A DNA stretch of 21,606 bases. It comes from Candidatus Eiseniibacteriota bacterium. GTDB taxonomy: Bacteria > Eisenbacteria > RBG-16-71-46 > JABDJR01 > JAWXBZ01. The position numbers and the translations under genes are program-made. The stretch spans positions 1-21,606 of the forward strand of contig JAWXBZ010000024.1 of the NCBI GenBank assembly GCA_034440375.1, in the 5' to 3' direction. This document shows positions 15,867 through 21,606 of the stretch, in pieces (position 1 is the first letter of the stretch; the number at the start of each line of letters is the position of its first letter). Under the pieces are notes generated by a model, which was not told the origin of the DNA, did not search any database, and saw only the letters and a program-made list of their open reading frames with translations.

Positions 15867-16577
15867 TCATCTAACCCGGTTCGCGCGGACAAGGTGCTCC
15901 CGGCTCCAAAATTCATGAAGTCCCCCCCGGGCGTCCTGGAGTTGCCGATGAAAGTCGCGCTGGGTGACGTGGGCCAGGCAGGCCGATTCCTTCCGAACGG
16001 TGTGGCACGAGACGTCCATTATCTCGTCAATCGCATCGTCAGAAACCGTGCGCATTTCCCGAAAATGGGCCACCGCCAGCGCCTTGGATTCCGGCAGGGC
16101 GTAGTGCCAGTGGTCCGCTGTCGTCCAGGCGGCGCCCAGCCCGGGCCCGAAAGCCGGGTCGGCGGCGGCTCGCTCCGCGGAGATCGCCAGCGCGGTTATT
16201 GCAATGTGATCGGGGTGCCCCGACAGGCCGTTCGGATGAAAAGTCAGCAGGGAATCGGGGCGGAACCGGCGAATTTCGCGAACGAGCGTGGCCACTCCCA
16301 GATCGGGATCGACGGCACTCACCCCCTTGTCGGGCCATCCGAGAATGATGGCCTCGACGCCCAGGATTGCGGCGGCGTCAAGCAATTCTCCCTGTCGAAT
16401 CCGGGCCAGCTCATGCGGTTCATACTGCTTCGAGATACCGAGCGAGCCGGCATCGCCCCGGGTGGCGATGACAACCCGAACGGCGTGCCCGCTGCTGACG
16501 GCCTCGACGAGTGTTCCGGCGGGGCCGTACGATTCATCGTCCGGATGGGCAAAGATGGCGAGGAGGCGACCGAGCAT
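15867..16577 (-). CDS. PIG-L family N-acetylglucosaminyl deacetylase (BshB/MshB/LmbE-like)
   Basis: AIFAHPDDES, ATRGDAG, RQGELLDAAAILG, GHPDH, AHVTQ. ATG 16577 is preceded 8 nt upstream by an extended -10 TG-C-TATCCT and has no SD. Confidence 0.9.
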   Translation of the reverse strand: MLGRLLAIFAHPDDESYGPAGTLVEAVSSGHAVRVVIATRGDAGSLGISKQYEPHELARIRQGELLDAAAILGVEAIILGWPDKGVSAVDPDLGVATLVREIRRFRPDSLLTFHPNGLSGHPDHIAITALAISAERAAADPAFGPGLGAAWTTADHWHYALPESKALAVAHFREMRTVSDDAIDEIMDVSCHTVRKESACLAHVTQRDFHRQLQDARGGLHEFWSREHLVRANRVR

Positions 16578-17619
16578 GATGAAAAAGGATAGCAGACCGA
16601 CCCTCGCTCCTTCCGGAACATCACCATGGATCCGCTTTGAACCACCGCTCCTGCCGCAGCGGGGAACACTTGACCGACTCCTGGCAACGGCACTTCCGGG
16701 AACAACGGCCCGCCACATCGAATTCCTGGAGCGGGGTGTCGTCAACTCGAATTATCGGGTTGATCTCATCCCGGCCTCCACCGATCAACCGAAGCAGGTC
16801 CGGCTGCGTTTGACGCGAAGACCGGAAGCCACCGGCCGGGAAGCCGCCCTGACGACGCGCCTGCTGGCAGCTCACCCCGGCCTCGTGGCGCGGCCGTTGG
16901 CATTCGAGTCCTGCGTGGAACCCGAAGCGCACATCGCTTCGCTCTGGACCTGGATCGAGGGGGCCACGCTCGAGGAGATGTCACTCGACGCCGGCGCAGA
17001 GGAGTCTCTGGGGGATGAACTGGCCGCGGCGCTTCACGATGTCCACGGCGAAACCGTCGAAGGATTCGGCCGGCTCAAGGCGGACCTCCGCGTGGCCGAC
17101 GCTCCGGGCTTTGATCGACCAGCGCTTCGCTGGCTCGACGATCTGGCCCGGCGAATCGCGGTGCGGCTCGAGAACCCGGCGCACGGCCTCGCCCCGGATG
17201 CGCTGTCACCCCTGAAACTCGCAGTGGCCCGGGCCATGGCGCCGCTCTGGTCAGTGCCATCCACATCGGGTTCCCTTGTCCATGGTGACCTGTCGGCAGG
17301 AAACATCCTCGTCTCCCTTCAGGATGGCCGACCGCGCCTCGCCGGCCTCATCGACTGGGAGATGTGCCGTTCGGCCGACCCAGCCGTCGATGCCGCGTCG
17401 GCCGAGTTCGAACTCTCGACCCGCTGGCCGATTCTCGCCAAACGGCTCAGCGAAAATCTACGTGCACAGACACCCGACAACTGGGATCGCCGCTTCGACC
17501 TCGCCGCCGTCCCGCTACTTCTTGACGCCCGCATGGTGGCCCTCGTTCGCCATTCCGCGCCTCTCACGGAACGGGTCGACGCACGCCTCGCCGCAATGGC
17601 CACTCGTTGGTCGAACTGA
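16576..17619 (+). CDS. Aminoglycoside/choline-kinase-like phosphotransferase (APH family)
   Basis: GVVNSNYRV, WIEGATL, catalytic HGDLSAGNILV, LIDWE..ADPAVD. AGGAGG at 16561-16566 precedes ATG 16576. Confidence 0.88.
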   Translation: MMKKDSRPTLAPSGTSPWIRFEPPLLPQRGTLDRLLATALPGTTARHIEFLERGVVNSNYRVDLIPASTDQPKQVRLRLTRRPEATGREAALTTRLLAAHPGLVARPLAFESCVEPEAHIASLWTWIEGATLEEMSLDAGAEESLGDELAAALHDVHGETVEGFGRLKADLRVADAPGFDRPALRWLDDLARRIAVRLENPAHGLAPDALSPLKLAVARAMAPLWSVPSTSGSLVHGDLSAGNILVSLQDGRPRLAGLIDWEMCRSADPAVDAASAEFELSTRWPILAKRLSENLRAQTPDNWDRRFDLAAVPLLLDARMVALVRHSAPLTERVDARLAAMATRWSN

Positions 17620-19610
17620 CAACTCCAGTATCATCCACCGGCATGTGGCGACGCGTGGGACTTGTGGTTCTGGTCAGCACTCTGGTGCGCGCGTTCTGCC
17701 TCTGGCTGGTGAACCAGCGGCTGCCATTCCTGACCGACCCGGTCGGGGATGCCGGTTTCTGGATGGCCACGGCCCGCCTGCCAATTTCACCGGATGCTTT
17801 TGTCAACCCGCCCGGTGCCTTTCTCTGGCTCAGGCTCGCACCGACTGGCACCGGCTCGGCCATTCTTCTGCTATTCGTCAACTCGATCTCGATCTTTCTG
17901 GCCGCCGCACTGGCTTACCGCCTGTTCGGCCCCCGCGAAGCGCTCCGCGCGACAATTCTGCTGGCCCTGGCCGCCGCGCTCCCGTTTTTCGACACGCAGC
18001 TCCTCGAAGCCGGTCCATCGGCCCTGCTGGTCACGGGCGTCGCCCTCCTGATCGTTCTCGCCGACCGGACCAGTCCCCATCCGATGACAAAGGACGCCGC
18101 GCGCCAGCTCGAACTGGAAATTGCCGATGGCCGTCGTCCGGAACTCCCGCCGCTATCGCATCGGGTCGCCATGGCCTTCGCGGGGCTCGGAGCTGGCATC
18201 CTGGTGGCATTCATCCCCGGCTTCCTTTTGGCCGGTGTCGCGATCGCCCTCTGGCTGCTCACGTCCGCCCTGGGGCAGAAACGGCACCGCTCGCTCGTGG
18301 CCGGCTACGCCATCGGCCTGTTTCTCGGTCTGGCCCCTGTCCTCTGGCACAACACGCGGGTCGGCGTCCCCGTCGCCTGGCCCGCCGGTGCCGGCGTTCG
18401 TATCTACCAGGCCAATCATCCCGGTGGCGATGGCCTCCCGGGCCCGATCCCGCCCGAATTCTCGGGCGCCCGCGCTCTCCAGCCTGCCGAGTCCGATTCC
18501 TTCGAGATTTCGGCGCTCGGCCGAATCCTCGAGGATGGCCCCGCCCTTGGTTACTGGACCGCCATCGCCGTCAGCCGGGTCTTTAGCGATATCGGCGGCT
18601 GGGTCCGGCTTGAGGGGCGCAAGATAGCGCTGCTGGTCACACGAATCGATGAGGAACCGGGCGCCTCATCGGCATTGGAACTTCAGCACGTTCCGCACCG
18701 GCTCCTGATGCCCATTCCGACAAACGTCCTCTTGATCATCGGCGCCATCGGAGTGTTCCTCGCCGCCGGAAGCCGCCGATGGCCTCGCGGCGCCCGGGGA
18801 AGCCTGGCTGCCGTCGCCGCACTCCTCATCGCCGTTGTCGTGTCGGCTCTGGTCGAGTGGCCGCTCGGTCGACTGCGATTCGCCGTTTTGCCGCTCCTGT
18901 CAGTCTTCGCCGCTCATGCCATGGTCCGTGCCGACGACGCGTGGCAGGCTGGACGCCGCCGGGCTGTCCTCGTGACCATCCTGGTCGCCATGATGCTCGT
19001 CGCCATCACCTGGCGCTCGCCCGCCGGCCCCTGGCGCCGCCCCAATCACGAAGCCAGCCTGCTGGTGGCCGCCGGCGTCAGCCGCGAAGCCCGCGGCGAC
19101 ACCACCTTTGCCGAAGCCCTCTTTGCCGAAGCCCTGAAGCTCGATGAAACCCACCTCGAAGCCAGGATGCGCCGCAGCGAACGGGCCATGCAGAAGCGGG
19201 ATCTCGGGCAGGCCATCGTCGAACTCGAAGCCGCCCGGAAAGGCGCGCGGGACGACTTTTCCCTGCGCAATAACCTCGGCATCCTTTACGTCCAGGCCCA
19301 GCGATTCACCGAGGCGGAAGCCGAACTCGAAACCGCCACTCACCTGAACCCCGAATCCCCCGGCCCCTGGTACTGGCGCGGCCAGGTAGCCCGCCTGGCG
19401 GGAGACACCACCGCCGCCATCAGCCACTACCGCGAAGCCATCAAACTGAACCCCCATTACACCCAGGCCTGGTCCCGCCTGATCGACACGCTTCTCAGGT
19501 TCGGGCGCGCCGAGGAGGCGCGGCAGGAGGCGGACCGTGCCACCGAGGCGGCAGTGGCATTGCCGGCGGACATCGTGCGGCGGATACCAGGTGGCGTGGG
19601 GGGGAAGTGA
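17607..19610 (+). CDS. Polytopic membrane protein, GT-C (PMT_2/ArnT-like) glycosyltransferase-like, with C-terminal TPR repeats
   Basis: Many TM helices; DPVGDA loop after TM1; LWHN..GVRIYQANH; RLRFAVLP. TPRs: LRNNLGILY..EAEAELETA..NP and WYWRGQV..AISHYREAIKLNP. TTG 17607 overlaps the APH end; ATG 17643 is an alternative. Confidence 0.82.
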   Translation: MVELTTPVSSTGMWRRVGLVVLVSTLVRAFCLWLVNQRLPFLTDPVGDAGFWMATARLPISPDAFVNPPGAFLWLRLAPTGTGSAILLLFVNSISIFLAAALAYRLFGPREALRATILLALAAALPFFDTQLLEAGPSALLVTGVALLIVLADRTSPHPMTKDAARQLELEIADGRRPELPPLSHRVAMAFAGLGAGILVAFIPGFLLAGVAIALWLLTSALGQKRHRSLVAGYAIGLFLGLAPVLWHNTRVGVPVAWPAGAGVRIYQANHPGGDGLPGPIPPEFSGARALQPAESDSFEISALGRILEDGPALGYWTAIAVSRVFSDIGGWVRLEGRKIALLVTRIDEEPGASSALELQHVPHRLLMPIPTNVLLIIGAIGVFLAAGSRRWPRGARGSLAAVAALLIAVVVSALVEWPLGRLRFAVLPLLSVFAAHAMVRADDAWQAGRRRAVLVTILVAMMLVAITWRSPAGPWRRPNHEASLLVAAGVSREARGDTTFAEALFAEALKLDETHLEARMRRSERAMQKRDLGQAIVELEAARKGARDDFSLRNNLGILYVQAQRFTEAEAELETATHLNPESPGPWYWRGQVARLAGDTTAAISHYREAIKLNPHYTQAWSRLIDTLLRFGRAEEARQEADRATEAAVALPADIVRRIPGGVGGK

Positions 19611-19643
19611 GGGCCACGGCTTTTTCGGACGCGAGGCCGCCCG

Positions 19644-20840
19644 TCAGTTGATGAGCAGGGCCTTGATGCCGCTCCAACTCGAGGCTCGTCGTGCCAGCGC
19701 GGCGTGCCCGCCCGAAGACACCCCCTGATCCCGCCATTCGACGATGTACAGGAGCGTATCCCCCGGACCGGTTGGGGGGTAAGTGCGACCGTGGCGGAAG
19801 TAGAACCGCTGCTGCTGCTCCTCTACGCGAAATGTGGTGACTTCCTGCCCCACGGGGGCGAAGCCAACATCAAGAAAAACGTCCGTGATGAAGAGTTTCG
19901 TCCAACCCTCAAGGGGCGGCCGGAATCCGTCGTTCATCGCGGAACCCCTTGGCCAGTCGAGGTTGAGGATAATTCTCCCGACTTCCGGTGAGTCAAATAA
20001 TTGCTCGGTGCGCAGCGAGTCCTCCGATCGAGTCCAGAACTCGATGCCAAGTTGATTCCGCACGATCGGGTCGAAGTAAAACTGGAAGTCGGCGGCCAGC
20101 AACCGCGCGTAGGCGGTGGCGTCACGTGTTCGATAAGCCCGCTGGAAGTTCTCGAGAACGTTGTCTTCGGATGTCTGGGGGAGGTAGGAATGTTCGGGAG
20201 TCGGGTGGAAGCAGATTGACTTGATGCCTCCCCAGGTCACCCTCTCGCTTGCGGCCAACCCGACACCGAGAGAGTTCGTAGCGCCTTTGTCCTGCCACTC
20301 GACGATATACACAAGCGTGTCAGCCGGACCCGATGGGGGATTGGTGCGGCCACGGCGAAAATAGAAGCGTTGTTGTTGCTGCTCGACACGGAAGGTCGTG
20401 GTCTCCTGATCCTCGGGCTTGATGTCGATGTCCAGAAAGACATCGCTGAGGAAGAGCTTCGTCCAGTTCACGCGCGGTGGAAGGAACCCTGCGTCCATCG
20501 CGGATCCCGCCGGCCAGCCGAGTTCAATTTCGATCCTCTTGACCTCGGGGCAACTGAAGAGAGCGGCGGTGGCCAGCGAATCTTCCGTCCGGGTCCAGAA
20601 CTCGATGCCGAGTTGTTCCCGGGTGACCGGGTCGAAATACCACTGGTAGTCAGCCGCCAGCAACTGCATGAAGGCATTGATGTCCCGCATCCGGTAGGCC
20701 CGCTGCAAGTTCTCGATAACGTTGTCTTCGGATGTCTGGGGGAGGTAGAGATCGGCAGGTGGCTCCTCTTCGTCATCGCCACAGGAGATAACGGAGACGC
20801 TTAAGGCCAGCAGCATGATTGTCAGCAGTCGTCGGATCAC
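19644..20840 (-). CDS. Lipoprotein with two tandem ~187-aa NTF2/SnoaL-like domains
   Basis: GTG 20840 after AGGGGAG; lipobox VIS-C. Duplicated YLPQTSEDNV.EN.QRAYR.RD...LLAAD..YFDP..LGIEFWTR.EDSL..YIVEW.D. The fold assignment is inference. Confidence 0.85.
   Translation of the reverse strand: MIRRLLTIMLLALSVSVISCGDDEEEPPADLYLPQTSEDNVIENLQRAYRMRDINAFMQLLAADYQWYFDPVTREQLGIEFWTRTEDSLATAALFSCPEVKRIEIELGWPAGSAMDAGFLPPRVNWTKLFLSDVFLDIDIKPEDQETTTFRVEQQQQRFYFRRGRTNPPSGPADTLVYIVEWQDKGATNSLGVGLAASERVTWGGIKSICFHPTPEHSYLPQTSEDNVLENFQRAYRTRDATAYARLLAADFQFYFDPIVRNQLGIEFWTRSEDSLRTEQLFDSPEVGRIILNLDWPRGSAMNDGFRPPLEGWTKLFITDVFLDVGFAPVGQEVTTFRVEEQQQRFYFRHGRTYPPTGPGDTLLYIVEWRDQGVSSGGHAALARRASSWSGIKALLIN
20157..20748. 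repeat. Intragenic duplication: identical 31-nt direct repeat at 20157-20187 and 20718-20748
   Basis: AACGTTGTCTTCGGATGTCTGGGGGAGGTAG occurs twice, 561 nt (187 codons) apart. Confidence 0.92.
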
Positions 20841-21225
20841 GTTGAGCGCTCCCCTGTGTGTGCTGGTCCGGTATCTGGTCCGGTGGAGTACCGCCGATCG
20901 GCTCAACGGTAGCATGTCACCATGATCAACTCGCACCGGTGCCAGTTGTGTTAGCGATGGCTAACTTAACTCGGTCCAGGCCGAGTTGAGAGACCCTGAT
21001 AACGAAACAGTATCCGGGGTTTACGAATCACGCCGACGAACATCTCGATCTTGATCATGGTCATCCGGCTCGCACCGGCGCTGTCGACAGGCCCGTTCGC
21101 GTGCAGGTTGGAGATTCTGGTCCGCCTGGATGTAAATTGGCCCACCTGTCGTATCTCATTGGGGCACAATCACAAAGCTTGGGATCAGGCAACCGGGGGC
21201 CGAAACCACGCCCCCGACTCAAAGC

Positions 21226-21254
21226 TTGACTCAGCCCGTCAACATCAGTACAGT
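21226..21254 (+). promoter_or_regulatory. Sigma70 promoter TTGACT-17-TACAGT for the bS22 gene
   Basis: Hexamers at 21226-21231 and 21249-21254; the -35 is part of an inverted repeat TTGAC-N7-GTCAA. Confidence 0.6.
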
Positions 21255-21343
21255 CAGGCGCTTCCTGAACTAATCCAAGGATTGTGAGATCCGGCCCTGG
21301 CGCCAGCCCGGCTGGTGCGTTAACCAGGAAAGGTGATGACGGA

Positions 21344-21448
21344 ATGGGTAGTCTGATCAAGAAGCGGCGGAAGAAGATTCGCAAGCACAAGCTGAAGAAG
21401 CGCCGCCGCGCGAACCGCCACAAGAAGCGGGAACGCTACAAGGTTTAA
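21344..21448 (+). CDS. Small basic ribosomal protein bS22 (AURKAIP1/COX24/mS38, DUF1713 family)
   Basis: MGSLIKKRRKKIRKHKLKKRRRANRHKKRERYKV, 34 aa and below the ORF-track cutoff; matches the MGSxxKKRRKxxxKxKxxK pattern. SD AGGAAAGGTGA; terminator follows. Confidence 0.9.
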   Translation: MGSLIKKRRKKIRKHKLKKRRRANRHKKRERYKV

Positions 21449-21470
21449 GTTTTCGTCACCAGTTGATATT

Positions 21471-21504
21471 CAAAACCCCCGGTGGATTTCCACCGGGGGT
21501 TTTG
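21471..21504 (+). terminator. Rho-independent terminator
   Basis: Perfect 15-bp inverted repeat CAAAACCCCCGGTGG-attt-CCACCGGGGGTTTTG, 22 nt after the bS22 stop. Confidence 0.92.
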
Positions 21505-21510
21505 TCATTG

Positions 21511-21606
21511 GTGTGCCCGGCATGGGCGTGATACGGAGGTGCAAGTCCTCTGAGGAAGCTGGTCGCAGCGACCTCGAGTGAACCGCAAGGCGGCCAGCCG
21601 CGAGGG
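21511..21606 (+). mobile_element. 5' end of a group II intron, class IIC (truncated by the window edge)
   Basis: Starts GTGTGCCCGGCATGGG, the GUGYG boundary and the typical IIC 5' sequence. Followed by the GAGG-TGCAAGT-CCTC stem, GGTCG-cag-CGACC and a CC-GCAA-GG GNRA loop. Located 6 nt after a terminator hairpin. Confidence 0.88.

Noticed and set aside
15786-18586. ORFs 15786-16592 (+) and 17276-18586 (+), and the N-terminal extensions of the APH and PIG-L ORFs
   Set aside because: Antisense or alternate-frame Arg/Pro-rich translations overlapping well-supported genes.
20996-21008. CTGATAACGAAAC resembling a hammerhead ribozyme core
   Set aside because: CUGAUAA rather than CUGANGA, and no stem II between it and GAAA.
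21195-21215. GGGGGC-N9-GCCCCC hairpin considered as a tmRNA, tRNA or c-di-GMP riboswitch piece
   Set aside because: Surrounding conserved elements of those RNAs are absent; it is an isolated GC hairpin.
20966-21423. Short ORFs 20966-21169 (-), 21051-21287 (+) and 21061-21423 (-)
   Set aside because: No SD, motifs or native codon bias; they overlap the bS22 promoter or gene.
1-21606. CRISPR array, tRNA/rRNA genes, transposase, integrase or known anti-phage defence genes
   Set aside because: No regularly spaced repeats or recognisable motifs seen. RuvC here is the housekeeping resolvase next to ruvA, not a Cas or TnpB nuclease.

Overview
High-GC bacterial chromosomal window. The C-terminal motifs of its secreted proteins suggest an FCB-group candidate phylum such as Eisenbacteria or Krumholzibacteriota (inference). 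From left to right it holds: a large secreted TolB/PD40 beta-propeller protein with an FlgD-Ig/T9SS-like C-terminus (minus strand, missed by the ORF track, truncated at the left edge); pruA; an NAD-type isocitrate dehydrogenase; a four-gene envelope operon (helical lipoprotein, YafK/DpaA-like YkuD enzyme carrying a copy of the lipoprotein's domain, ErfK-like L,D-transpeptidase, catalytically dead YkuD paralog); a Rossmann/Cys-cluster hypothetical; a helical hypothetical with a sigma28-like promoter; bcp; an Xaa-Pro peptidase; an AAA_28 P-loop gene followed by ruvC and ruvA with no ruvB; a small secreted protein; a PIG-L deacetylase and an APH-like kinase starting head-to-head on one CATG; a GT-C/TPR membrane protein; a tandem-domain lipoprotein; the 34-aa ribosomal protein bS22; its terminator; and the 5' end of a group IIC intron inserted just after that terminator. 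Best candidates for undescribed biology: (1) the lipoprotein plus attacher, detacher and pseudo-enzyme operon as a Braun-lipoprotein-like tethering module; (2) a shared C-terminal [TS]W-x-x-[IV]K motif as a possible sorting signal; (3) an AAA_28 protein with a beta-clamp-type motif coupled to ruvCA. All family calls come from motif recognition, not database searches.
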